Source: Candidatus Cloacimonadota bacterium (lineage in GTDB: Bacteria > Cloacimonadota > Cloacimonadia > JGIOTU-2). From it: 64,000 nt of DNA. A program made the translations under genes and the position numbers. Positions 11,106-20,313 of the stretch are shown here, piece after piece; the first letter of the stretch is position 1, and each line of letters starts with the position of its first letter. The stretch covers positions 1,616 through 65,615 of the forward strand of contig JAGMCF010000151.1 of assembly GCA_023129415.1 (NCBI GenBank), in the 5' to 3' direction. The notes beneath the pieces are model-generated. The model did no database searches and was not told the DNA's origin. It saw nothing but the letters and a program-made list of their open reading frames with translations.

Positions 11106-11957
11106 CTACGGCGCCCAGACGAGTAGACAAATTTTACCGTTGCGATAAATTTTGATATAATATCGCTTATTGAGATCAATTTCTTCTTGAAGCTGATTTA
11201 ATAATTTATAGTAAGCAATTTGTTTTTTATATTTTTTTATAGATTCTTCAAAAATAAACCAGATATTAGCAATACTTTTTATTGCACGAGAAATACAATC
11301 CTCAGTCAAATTTATAGATTTTTCCCAACGGTCAGGTTTTACTTTAGTTTGAGAAAGAAAATAATTATCAATAAGCATATCATAATATCTATTAGATTTA
11401 TTTATCTGCTTATAAAGATACTCATCAATCCCCGATTTAATCGGGGATTTAATTTTATATCTTCTCTTCCCAGTATTCAAATTTAGACTTTCAAATCTTT
11501 TTCGCACATCGCATTCATAAACCTTATGTGGAGTTTCTTCATATTCAAAGCGATATTTTCCATCTGTATGAAAAGGTTGATGCAAATCAGCAGTATAATG
11601 GGAAATTACTCCTATTTCAAATATAATAGTTTTAAGTGGATTATCCAAAATTCTTTTAAGATATTCTGCACACTTAGGATGATAAATTAAATCTTTGTTA
11701 TTATCAATTATTTTTTGAATTAAGGATATCTCTTTTTTTATCTTCTTTACTACAGAACCAGAATGTCTTCCTTTCTTATCTGGTGTGCAATTGAAATAAT
11801 GATTTGTAGTATCACAAAATATTTTATCTGGAGAAATTATTCCTAACTCAAAATATTCCGGATAAATACTTATTAATCGATTAAATTGCCGAGACATTTT
11901 ATTTAATGCTAATCGGCACATTTTTATGTGAGTTGAAGGATTCCAAATCCATTTCAT
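11106..11957 (-). CDS. Hypothetical protein, possibly phospholipase C / S1-P1 nuclease superfamily
   Basis: 283 aa. N-terminal W-x-x-x-T-H and HYTADLHQPFHT resemble the metal-ligand motifs of that superfamily. Contains an in-frame palindrome at 11427-11449, and the last codons LLVWAP come from a repeat module. Confidence 0.4.
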   Translation of the reverse strand: MKWIWNPSTHIKMCRLALNKMSRQFNRLISIYPEYFELGIISPDKIFCDTTNHYFNCTPDKKGRHSGSVVKKIKKEISLIQKIIDNNKDLIYHPKCAEYLKRILDNPLKTIIFEIGVISHYTADLHQPFHTDGKYRFEYEETPHKVYECDVRKRFESLNLNTGKRRYKIKSPIKSGIDEYLYKQINKSNRYYDMLIDNYFLSQTKVKPDRWEKSINLTEDCISRAIKSIANIWFIFEESIKKYKKQIAYYKLLNQLQEEIDLNKRYYIKIYRNGKICLLVWAP

Positions 11958-11990
11958 AATATTAAATAAGTAACAAATTCCAGAAATATT

Positions 11991-12431
11991 TTAATTTACT
12001 AATTTTGCACTTTCCATTTCTCTATGAGCCTCTCGTTCTTTAATTTTTTCACGCTTTTCATATTCCCTCTTACCTTTTGCTATAGCCAATTCTATTTTTG
12101 CTAAACTCTTTTCATTTATATATAATCTAATTGGTATTAATGTAAATCCTTTTTCTTGAATCTTTTTTTCAAGTCTATTTATTTCATGTTTATTGAGAAG
12201 TAATTTCCTGATTCTGGTGGGACTATAATCTTGATAACTTCCTTTGTTATATGGGCTGATATGCAAATTATACAACCAAACTTCACCATTCTTAATTGCA
12301 GCATAACTATCTTTGAAATTAATCTTTCCGGCTCGAATTGATTTTATTTCATTTCCTGTTAAAACAATTCCGACCTCTAAAGTTTTTAATATCTGATAGT
12401 TTCTTTTGGCTTTGCGATTTCTGAATTCCAT
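11991..12431 (-). CDS. smpB: SsrA-binding protein SmpB
   Basis: KAKRNYQILKTLEVGIVLTGNEIKSIR...WLYNLHISPY...RIRKLLLNKHEI is canonical SmpB. Confidence 0.95.
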   Translation of the reverse strand: MEFRNRKAKRNYQILKTLEVGIVLTGNEIKSIRAGKINFKDSYAAIKNGEVWLYNLHISPYNKGSYQDYSPTRIRKLLLNKHEINRLEKKIQEKGFTLIPIRLYINEKSLAKIELAIAKGKREYEKREKIKEREAHREMESAKLVN

Positions 12432-12488
12432 TTTTTTAGCAACGAATTAATACAAACCTACACGAACTTAATTTGTAACCAATTAAAC

Positions 12489-12505
12489 TCCCGATTTATC
12501 GGGGT
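12489..12505 (-). terminator. CCCGAT..ATCGGG hairpin downstream of the epimerase gene
   Basis: Plus-strand tcccgatttatcggggt. On the minus strand it is followed by agtttaatt. Member of the recurrent CCCGAT hairpin family. Terminator function is only inferred. Confidence 0.35.
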
Positions 12506-12506
12506 C

Positions 12507-12580
12507 AATTCAACCAGTTCAACCAGTTCAACCAGTTCAACCAGTTCAACCATTTCAACCAATTCAACCAATTCAACCAG
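12507..12580. repeat. Tandem 9-bp repeat (WWTTCAACC), 8 units
   Basis: Units: aattcaacc, agttcaacc x4, atttcaacc, aattcaacc x2, then ag. Directly abuts the stop codon at 12582-12584 and lies upstream of smpB. Confidence 0.95.
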
Positions 12581-12581
12581 C

Positions 12582-13541
12582 TTATTTTTTATAATATTCA
12601 ATAATTTCTTTTAAGATTTCATCAAGGGGGACTTTTGGTTCAAAGCCTATTGCTTTTTTAATTTTCGATATATCTGGGACACGACGGTTCATATCTTCAA
12701 ATCCTTCTTCATAAGCTTCATTATATGGGATTAATTTTATTGTAGATGAACTATTTGTTAATTTCTTTACCTTCTTGGCAAGGTCAAATATCGTTATTTC
12801 TTTATCTGAACCGATATTATATATTTGACCTACGGACTTGTCATCTTCCATGAGTTTAACAAGAGCATCTACAACATCACCTACATAGGCAAAACAACGA
12901 GATTGTTTCCCATCACCATAAACAGTTATTGGATGATCTAACAAAGCTTGTTGTACGAATCTTGGAACAACCATTCCATATTGACCTGTTTGTCGAGGTC
13001 CAATAGTATTAAACAATCTACCAATAACAACAGGAAGCTTTTTCTCATGCCAATATGCTAAAGCTAAAAATTCATCCACTGCTTTTGATTCTGCATAAGA
13101 CCATCTTCTTATATTTGTTGAACCATAAATTCTATCAATCCCTTCTTTAAATGGCAAAGAATTAGACTTTCCGTAAAGCTCAGAAGTGGAAGCGATAAAG
13201 ATTTTTTTCTTATACTTATTAGCAAATTTAATCATAATTTCGGTGCCAGCAACATTTGTTTCAATTGTTAGAACTGGATTGTCAACAATGAATCTAACAC
13301 CGACAGCAGCAGCTAAATGATAAACCTGGTCGCAATCTTTCACCAAATGGTCAATTAATTCTCTATTAAAAATTGTATCAACATGAACTTCGAGATTTTT
13401 ACTCTTATAAATATTTCTAATATTAGATAGCCTTCCTGTAGAAAGATTATCAAGAGCTATAACTTGATGCCCTTTCTTTAGGAGATATTCAGCTAAAAAA
13501 GAGCCAATAAATCCTGCCCCGCCAGTTATAAGTATTCTCAT
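12582..13541 (-). CDS. NAD-dependent epimerase/dehydratase (UDP-glucuronate decarboxylase-like SDR)
   Basis: ILITGGAGFIGSFLAEYLL Rossmann motif and YAESKAVDE (Y-x3-K). The track start at 13559 is a TTG. The ATG at 13541 is preceded by GGAGA. Confidence 0.85.
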   Translation of the reverse strand: MRILITGGAGFIGSFLAEYLLKKGHQVIALDNLSTGRLSNIRNIYKSKNLEVHVDTIFNRELIDHLVKDCDQVYHLAAAVGVRFIVDNPVLTIETNVAGTEIMIKFANKYKKKIFIASTSELYGKSNSLPFKEGIDRIYGSTNIRRWSYAESKAVDEFLALAYWHEKKLPVVIGRLFNTIGPRQTGQYGMVVPRFVQQALLDHPITVYGDGKQSRCFAYVGDVVDALVKLMEDDKSVGQIYNIGSDKEITIFDLAKKVKKLTNSSSTIKLIPYNEAYEEGFEDMNRRVPDISKIKKAIGFEPKVPLDEILKEIIEYYKK

Positions 13542-13726
13542 GTTATCTCCAGAATTCAAATCTTGTGAAGTATAAAAACTAGCACAAGATCAAAATTGAA
13601 TTTAGTGCATAAGATGAAAGTGATTATTTTTAGGCAAGTTTTTTAGAAGAGATATATTATAAAAATAGTAAAAGTGATTTTATACTGCAAAGAAAGCGTT
13701 CAAATTTATTGAAAAGCTTATGATAT

Positions 13727-14791
13727 TTAACAGATAAGCTCTTTTACAATTTTTCTGGATGCTTTCCCATTTCCATACAAATCAATTTTGAAATCTAATT
13801 TTTTATCTATCATTTTTTTATATCCAATTATAATATTTTCTTTATCAGTTCCAACGACTTCATTAAAGCCATTCTCAACAAGTTCTACCCATTCGGTCTC
13901 TTCTCGTAAAGTTACACAGGGCTTTTTGAAGAAAAAAGCTTCTTTTTGTAAACCACCACTATCAGTCATAACCAACGAGCAATTTTCAAGAAGATATAGC
14001 ATTTCAAGATAGCCAACAGGGTTGACAATATATAATTTTGAATTTTCAAATCTGAATGCTAAATTACCTATTATTTTTCTTGTTCGTGGATGTAATGGTA
14101 AAATAATTGGAATATCTTTTGAAATCTTATTAAATGCACTGAATATAGAACATAATTTTTCAGGATCATCTGTATTTTCAGCTCTGTGAATAGTTGACAG
14201 GATAAATTTTTGAGGAATTTTGAAATCGGGGTTCTTTGAGAATTTTTTATAAAATAGCAGAGCATCCAGCATTACATCTCCGCTTTTTATTATTTTGCAA
14301 TCAAAATTATCAAAGCCTTCTTTTTTCAGATTTTCTACTGCATTATTAGAGGGGCAAAAGAGAATATCAGAAATTCTATCGGTTAATATTCTATTTATCT
14401 CTTCCGGCATTTTCATATCAAAGCTCCTTAGTCCAGCTTCAATATGGATTACTTTTATTCCAAGCTTCTTTGCCACCAAGGCACAGGCAATTGTGGAATT
14501 AACATCACCAACAACAAGAACATAATCCGGGTTTTCCTTAATACAAACCTTTTCAAATTCTATCATAATATTTGCTGTCTGAACTGCATGACTTGCTGAG
14601 CCAACATTCAGATTAATATCAGGTCTTGAAATCTTTAAATCATCAAAAAAAGATTTGCTCATATTCTCATCGTAATGCTGCCCAGTATGAATTAACAAAG
14701 ATTCAATCTCTTTATATTTTTTCATTTCAGACATTATCGGGGCAATTTTCATAAAATTAGGTCTGGCACCTACAATGTTGATTATTTTCAT
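13727..14791 (-). CDS. wecB: UDP-N-acetylglucosamine 2-epimerase (non-hydrolysing)
   Basis: MKIINIVGARPNFMKIAPIM...HTGQHYD...HRAENTD are canonical WecB/MnaA motifs. Confidence 0.9.
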   Translation of the reverse strand: MKIINIVGARPNFMKIAPIMSEMKKYKEIESLLIHTGQHYDENMSKSFFDDLKISRPDINLNVGSASHAVQTANIMIEFEKVCIKENPDYVLVVGDVNSTIACALVAKKLGIKVIHIEAGLRSFDMKMPEEINRILTDRISDILFCPSNNAVENLKKEGFDNFDCKIIKSGDVMLDALLFYKKFSKNPDFKIPQKFILSTIHRAENTDDPEKLCSIFSAFNKISKDIPIILPLHPRTRKIIGNLAFRFENSKLYIVNPVGYLEMLYLLENCSLVMTDSGGLQKEAFFFKKPCVTLREETEWVELVENGFNEVVGTDKENIIIGYKKMIDKKLDFKIDLYGNGKASRKIVKELIC

Positions 14792-14919
14792 TTAGTATTT
14801 ACCCCGATATACCATTTACAGGTTTTCCTTATTTCATCTTTAATTGAATGTTTTTGAATATAACCAATTTCGCGACTAAAAAAACCATTCCAACATTTCC
14901 TTTTCTGCTGCCCTATAAA
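14788..14919 (-). pseudogene. Possible 3' remnant of an SDR-type sugar epimerase gene
   Basis: My translation: ...SREIGYIQKHSIKDEIRKTCKWYIGVNTK*. It resembles the conserved C-terminus of sugar epimerases/dehydratases (LGW-P--S--EGL--T--WY). No start codon; an in-frame TAG lies 44 codons upstream. Its TGA overlaps the wecB ATG. Confidence 0.3.
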
Positions 14920-14969
14920 CTATGATCATGCTTCTATGATTGCAATAGTTCCATACACTATTCTTTAGA

Positions 14970-16127
14970 CTATCCTTTCAGTTCTTTTAAAATTTTTCGA
15001 ATTGAATTCTTTGAATACTTTTTTTCAATCAAAGCTCGTCCGTTTCTTCCGATTTTTTCTCGTAAAGATTTATCTTTATACAAAAGTTTAATTTTTTTGA
15101 CAAATTCATCTTTTGTTGCAGCAATTATAAGATTAGTGTCCTGTGTTGCTTGTATTGATAATGCTACATTTTTTGTAGTGATAACCGGAAGTCCTGCCGC
15201 CATTGCTTCTAATACTTTATTTTGAATACCAGACGAAAAAAAGATCGGTGCAATAAATATATCTGAATTTACTAATTCAGTATACAAATCATCCACAAAC
15301 CCGACCACGTTAGTATTATTAATACCTTCCATTTTCAAAACTCGTTTAGATAGATTTGCTCCGATTATGTTAAATTTAACATCTTCATCATTCAATAGTG
15401 TGGGCATAATCTCATTTGTAACAAAATCAACAGCAGAGATATTGTGTTCTACCGACATATTACCGACAAATGTTATTATTCCTTTCTGTGAATAGTCTTG
15501 CTTCATTTTGCTTGTCTCCACCGAATTGGGTAAAATCTTAATCTTTGGATCTTTTTCAAATCCCAAATCCATAATGTCTTCAGGCGATATAAACCAACCT
15601 TCATCAAAATATTTTATTATTTTTTTCTCGTACTTTCGGGTTCGTTTTGCTTCAATGTTAAAGAAAATTTTTTCAAATAGTTTTTTTCTGAATGGTAAAG
15701 AACGTTTGTATTCCATTGATATTGCATCTGTATAATCTAGAATCTTTTTCACATTTATTTCTTGTACATAAGGAGCCATTCTTATCAGATGCGCATAAAT
15801 AATATCAATTTTATTAACCTTTACATAATTTGATATTTTTTTCTTAATATGTGGAAAGAAATAATATGCCACCTGAAAGGGTAATCTGTTCAATAATCCC
15901 ATTACAAATCGTTGAATATGCTGTGGTTTACTTTTTTTAATAAGAACAATATCTGAACAATAATCATACAATTGTTTTTTAAATTTTAGTTCTTCTTCAC
16001 TCTCAATAAAAGAAAAAAGATGAATATCATGAAATTCAGACATCAGTTTAAGAAACTGATAAGTTCGGACTTTATCTCCTCTGTTTGGAGGAAATGGAAA
16101 TCTTGAAGTTAAAAAAAGGATTTTCAT
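14970..16127 (-). CDS. Glycosyltransferase, GT4-like
   Basis: 385 aa. N-terminus MKILFLTSRFPFPPNRGDKVRTYQFLK, and FIAPIFFSSGIQNKVLEAMAAGLPVITT in the C-terminal domain. Confidence 0.8.
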   Translation of the reverse strand: MKILFLTSRFPFPPNRGDKVRTYQFLKLMSEFHDIHLFSFIESEEELKFKKQLYDYCSDIVLIKKSKPQHIQRFVMGLLNRLPFQVAYYFFPHIKKKISNYVKVNKIDIIYAHLIRMAPYVQEINVKKILDYTDAISMEYKRSLPFRKKLFEKIFFNIEAKRTRKYEKKIIKYFDEGWFISPEDIMDLGFEKDPKIKILPNSVETSKMKQDYSQKGIITFVGNMSVEHNISAVDFVTNEIMPTLLNDEDVKFNIIGANLSKRVLKMEGINNTNVVGFVDDLYTELVNSDIFIAPIFFSSGIQNKVLEAMAAGLPVITTKNVALSIQATQDTNLIIAATKDEFVKKIKLLYKDKSLREKIGRNGRALIEKKYSKNSIRKILKELKG

Positions 16128-16133
16128 GACTTT

Positions 16134-16306
16134 TTATTTTTCTTCCTCATTGTAGGCAGGACACAACACTGTAATTGTAGGATATTCTTCTAATAATTGG
16201 ATATCATTATTTTTTTTCTTCTATTGCTAAAAATATAAAGCAATATTCCGTAGCCAAAAAGATGATAAATAACGACGAGACAAGCAAACCCAAAAACAAT
16301 TATCAT
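16134..16306 (-). pseudogene. GT2 glycosyltransferase N-terminal fragment, frameshifted in an A8 tract and truncated
   Basis: My translation: MIIVFGFACLVVIYHLFGYGILLYIFSNRRKK (transmembrane anchor). After a frame change in the A8 run (16210-16217) it reads NNDIQLLEEYPTITVLCPAYNEEEK*. The PAYNEE motif marks the start of a GT2 catalytic domain. The rest of the gene is absent. Confidence 0.55.
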
Positions 16307-17445
16307 CACGATTCTTCTAATATTTCTTGATACAGTACAAAAAGTTTTTTCTCTTCAATTTTCCAATTATAATGTTTTTCAACAGCTTTTCTACCATTCC
16401 GTCCCATTCTTTGTGCAACATTGGGATTATTTATTAAAAATTCTATGGCATGAGACATCTCTTTTGGTTTTAGTGGATTAACACAAATACCACAATCATT
16501 GGTTTCAACAATTTTTCGCCAAAGAGGAAAATTCGATGCAATAACCGGAACACTACAAAGCATATACTCAAATATTTTTGTTGGATATGAGTTTACAAAA
16601 TTTTTAATTGGATGTAAACAAACAATACCAGCAATTGCCCCTTCTATCAGAGAAAATAATTTATAATAATCCAACCATCCATAAAATATTATTTGATTTG
16701 CAAGTTTATTTTCTTTAATAAAATTATTTAGTGTATCTTCCAAATTTGAATTTCTAAAAATTTTACCTATAATATGTAATTCAATATTGAAACCATTATT
16801 TTTTAAAATCTTAATAGTTTGAAGTAATTCCATAACTCCTCTCTCTTTTTGAATCCAATTACCTACATAAACTATTTTATTTTGCTTTGGAGTTTTGTTT
16901 TCAATATTTATACAAATTGGAAAATTATGAACAGCGATTGCTTTGGTGGAAGGGTACAAATAATTGTAAGAATCTTCGGCAATAATAAAAACATCTACAA
17001 ATGGAATTACTATTTTTTCAATAAAGTAATAAAGCGTCGAAAATAAAATCTTTGATATGCTACTCAAATATTCTTTACTTATTATTTGTTTTACAATATT
17101 TTCATGAATATCATAAATTACTTTTTTTCTTTTTACAACCTTTATCCATATGCCTACAAAAATTAATTCCGGATCGTGAAAATGAAAAACATCGGCATTA
17201 GATTTTAGTGCTCTATAAAAAAGAATAAACACTGTCTTAATTCTAGTTAATCTTTTTTCCCATTGTGGTAAGCCATAAATTTTAATTCCCTTCACTTCCC
17301 GAAATGAAAAATCAGCAGGAGCATGTAATTCAACTTCATATTTTTTGGCTAATGATACAGCTTCTTTATAAAAAATTCGAGTATCGTTCCAATTATGAAC
17401 TGAAGAAAAAATAAATAATTTTTTTAATTTTGATAATTCTTTCAT
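16306..17445 (-). CDS. Glycosyltransferase, GT4-like
   Basis: 379 aa. FEYMLCSVPVIASNFPLWRKIVE matches the E-x7-E region. ATGA overlap with the upstream gene. Confidence 0.8.
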   Translation of the reverse strand: MKELSKLKKLFIFSSVHNWNDTRIFYKEAVSLAKKYEVELHAPADFSFREVKGIKIYGLPQWEKRLTRIKTVFILFYRALKSNADVFHFHDPELIFVGIWIKVVKRKKVIYDIHENIVKQIISKEYLSSISKILFSTLYYFIEKIVIPFVDVFIIAEDSYNYLYPSTKAIAVHNFPICINIENKTPKQNKIVYVGNWIQKERGVMELLQTIKILKNNGFNIELHIIGKIFRNSNLEDTLNNFIKENKLANQIIFYGWLDYYKLFSLIEGAIAGIVCLHPIKNFVNSYPTKIFEYMLCSVPVIASNFPLWRKIVETNDCGICVNPLKPKEMSHAIEFLINNPNVAQRMGRNGRKAVEKHYNWKIEEKKLFVLYQEILEES

Positions 17446-18668
17446 TCTCTATCCAAACTATTATTGATAATCTTTAAATCAATAAGGTTTCTATCCTTCC
17501 AATCTAAAAAGAATTTATTTGCCACCTTCATTATTTCATTTTTTATAGTTGATTTTAACTCTTTATTATGTTCTAGTTCAAATATTTTTGCGCCTGCATT
17601 TAAATATTGCAATTCATCAAACAGAAAGGCATTTTTTTTGTCTATCAATAAATCCTTAAAACAAAATTGTTTTAGTGAAATAATAACTCTACCAAGATGC
17701 ATTGCTTCAATTAATGAATTCCCTAAATTGGAAAACTCATAAAAAGATAGGAAATAATCGCAAGTTTTTACCCATCTTAAAGCTTCATTGTGTGGCAGCG
17801 AACCAATAAAATGAACTTTTTCATAAATACCAATACTCTGGGCAAATTTCTTAAGATGATTAATCATACTCCCTTCACCTAAAATAACTAAGTGGAAATT
17901 TATACCGTTTTTATTTACATTTTTACAAATTTCAATACATTTATCAATTCTTTTCCACTTTTCCAATCTGGAAGAAGAACATCCCAATACCACATCTGAC
18001 GATATATCTAACTGTTCAAAAACTTCTTCTTTTGAAAAAGGATTAATCCTACTTAAAAGCTTCTTATTTACCCCATTTTTTAGAAAATGAAATGTATTCA
18101 AATTTATGTTCAAAGCTTGAGCAACTTCATATCCTTTTGTACCATCATCAGTTACTATTAAACCATTAGAAGGTAAAATCCAACTCAGATACTCTAGAGA
18201 ATGTTTAAATAATAAGTTAAAATGAAAGAAAACTTTCGATTTATATATTGCTTTATTGAAAGCAAAAAAAGAACCAAACAATCTTCTAAAATTGGGAACT
18301 TTTGTAAAAAATGACAAAATGCCTACAATTGCGCTATAATAACCAAAGCCGTAAAAAAAATTATAATTATTTTTCTTAATTAATTTTTTTGCTAGCAACA
18401 GTCCGTTAACTAGAGATATAATAATATAGAATTTCCTTTCTCCTGTATTATTAACATGGTATAAATTTAGATTTTTAAATATTTTTGTATTATTTTTAAC
18501 TTTATGTTTGCTAATTATTATCATATCAACATGATAATTATCTGATAATGTTTTCAAAACATTAAAATAAGCTGGCATTCCATTGATTGATTTATTTCCA
18601 TCAACAAAAATAGGGTTCATACCAGTAAAAAGTGACGAAACAACTAATATTTTGGATTGTTTATTCAT
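17442..18668 (-). CDS. Glycosyltransferase (GT4-like, divergent)
   Basis: 408 aa. LSFYEFSNLGNSLIEAMHLGRVIISL resembles a GT4 C-terminal domain. Glycan-locus context. Confidence 0.65.
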   Translation of the reverse strand: MNKQSKILVVSSLFTGMNPIFVDGNKSINGMPAYFNVLKTLSDNYHVDMIIISKHKVKNNTKIFKNLNLYHVNNTGERKFYIIISLVNGLLLAKKLIKKNNYNFFYGFGYYSAIVGILSFFTKVPNFRRLFGSFFAFNKAIYKSKVFFHFNLLFKHSLEYLSWILPSNGLIVTDDGTKGYEVAQALNINLNTFHFLKNGVNKKLLSRINPFSKEEVFEQLDISSDVVLGCSSSRLEKWKRIDKCIEICKNVNKNGINFHLVILGEGSMINHLKKFAQSIGIYEKVHFIGSLPHNEALRWVKTCDYFLSFYEFSNLGNSLIEAMHLGRVIISLKQFCFKDLLIDKKNAFLFDELQYLNAGAKIFELEHNKELKSTIKNEIMKVANKFFLDWKDRNLIDLKIINNSLDRE

Positions 18669-18893
18669 TTATCTTTCGTATAATTTTGCAGGATTTCCCG
18701 CAATAACATAGTTTGCGGGAAAACTTTTCGTTACGAATGCTCCTGCACCTATAATACAATTATCACCTAATTCAATTTCAGGTAAAATGATTGCATTGGC
18801 TCCAATCCAGCAGTTATTACCAATAACGACAGAATTTGACTTTTTATTATTTTGAAATACGAGTAAAAATAACTTTTTCATATATACCGCCAT
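18669..18893 (-). pseudogene. C-terminal fragment of a hexapeptide-repeat (LbH) sugar O-acetyltransferase
   Basis: Only 74 codons. [53 protein letters not shown] is the last ~55 aa of a ~180-200 aa LbH acetyltransferase. Its 5' part overlaps the end of the flippase gene by 47 nt. Confidence 0.6.
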
Positions 18894-20313
18894 ATATTAT
18901 AAAAAACAAACTAAATTTAATAATAAAATTAAGAAATATTCCTAAATGAGAGAAACTTAGAAAATATATGATAATTGCAGGAATAAAACTAATAAACAGT
19001 ATTTTACTTAATTGTCGAGAAGGTATTAATTGAAAAAAATTCAAGTTCAGAGATTTTGATATTTCATACATTTGTCCAATATTAATAATATAAATTGAAA
19101 TGACTGTGGCTATTGCAATTCCTGATACATTACAATAATGAAAACCAATAATTGAAAAAACAAAATTAATAACAACTGCAATAATTGTATATTTCAAAAT
19201 CGTTTTTGTTTTTCCAATTGCGATTAAAATACTACCAAAAGTTGCCAATCTCATTGGTAAGATAAAAAGATAAATAAAAAAGATAATCGCACTATTTACA
19301 TATTTTGAACTGAAAAGGATAGTGATAATTTCCCTATGCATTACCATTGAAAAAATCATAATTGGAACAATTATTGTCGCTGTTTTTATAATTGAATTAT
19401 TCCAAATATTAATAATCCTCGATTGATTTTTTTCTTTCCATAATCTTACATATTCCGGCAATAAAATAGCCATCACTGAATTAGTAATTAAATTGATAAA
19501 GGGTAATTCAACAGCCCCATTGGCATATATTGCAAATGTTTCTGAATTTGTAAAGTAACTGACTAAAAATTTATCCAATTGTTTTGATATTATACCCAAA
19601 AAAAGAGCTAAACCCAAAGGAGCAGAAAAAACGATTTGATTTTTTATACTCTGCCAGTTTATTGTGACTTTTTTTATACCTGAAATTGAGTAAATTATAA
19701 CAAATATTACAATAGCATTGAAAACCATTACAATAGATAGAATGGGTAAAAATATTTCAAAAGAGCTATTAGTAAAAACTATAGCGATAACATACAGAAG
19801 TATTATAATTGATGTTATCACACTAATTAAAACAACTAACTTATATTTTTTTAATGATACAAGAATTGGTTGGTAAAGGTAGAACATTGGGGCAAAAATC
19901 TGTAAAATAATAAGAGGAAAGATAAATTTAATCAATTTCTGATTTTTAATTATTACAATAAATTCATTACGAAGAAGAAAAAATAATAAGCCAACAAAAA
20001 CTGTCATTGCTGTAGAAATAATAAATGAATTTATTATAGCTGTTTTTTGGTGTTGCGATTTCGCTCCTGCAATAAAATAAGTTATTGAAGATGGAATCCC
20101 AAGCAAGAATATTGGTATTAAAGTAAAACCAAACAACCAGAATTGTCTATAAGTTCCATAATCCGTTTTAGTAAAGTAACGTGAAAGAATCATAAAAATA
20201 ATCAAACTACTTATCGAATGAAATAATTTCCCTAAAAATAATATAAGCGAAGAGTAACTTAAACTATTTTTTTTTAATCCAAATAAAACAATTATTTTAT
20301 TTAATGATATCAT
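18847..20313 (-). CDS. Wzx-like oligosaccharide flippase (second copy in window)
   Basis: 488 aa polytopic membrane protein with a typical flippase hydrophobicity pattern. Confidence 0.75.
   Translation of the reverse strand: MISLNKIIVLFGLKKNSLSYSSLILFLGKLFHSISSLIIFMILSRYFTKTDYGTYRQFWLFGFTLIPIFLLGIPSSITYFIAGAKSQHQKTAIINSFIISTAMTVFVGLLFFLLRNEFIVIIKNQKLIKFIFPLIILQIFAPMFYLYQPILVSLKKYKLVVLISVITSIIILLYVIAIVFTNSSFEIFLPILSIVMVFNAIVIFVIIYSISGIKKVTINWQSIKNQIVFSAPLGLALFLGIISKQLDKFLVSYFTNSETFAIYANGAVELPFINLITNSVMAILLPEYVRLWKEKNQSRIINIWNNSIIKTATIIVPIMIFSMVMHREIITILFSSKYVNSAIIFFIYLFILPMRLATFGSILIAIGKTKTILKYTIIAVVINFVFSIIGFHYCNVSGIAIATVISIYIINIGQMYEISKSLNLNFFQLIPSRQLSKILFISFIPAIIIYFLSFSHLGIFLNFIIKFSLFFIIYGGIYEKVIFTRISK

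Noticed and set aside
12507-12580. Possible CRISPR-like array
   Set aside because: The units are 9 bp with no spacers, so this is a simple tandem repeat. No repeat-spacer architecture or cas genes occur anywhere in the window.
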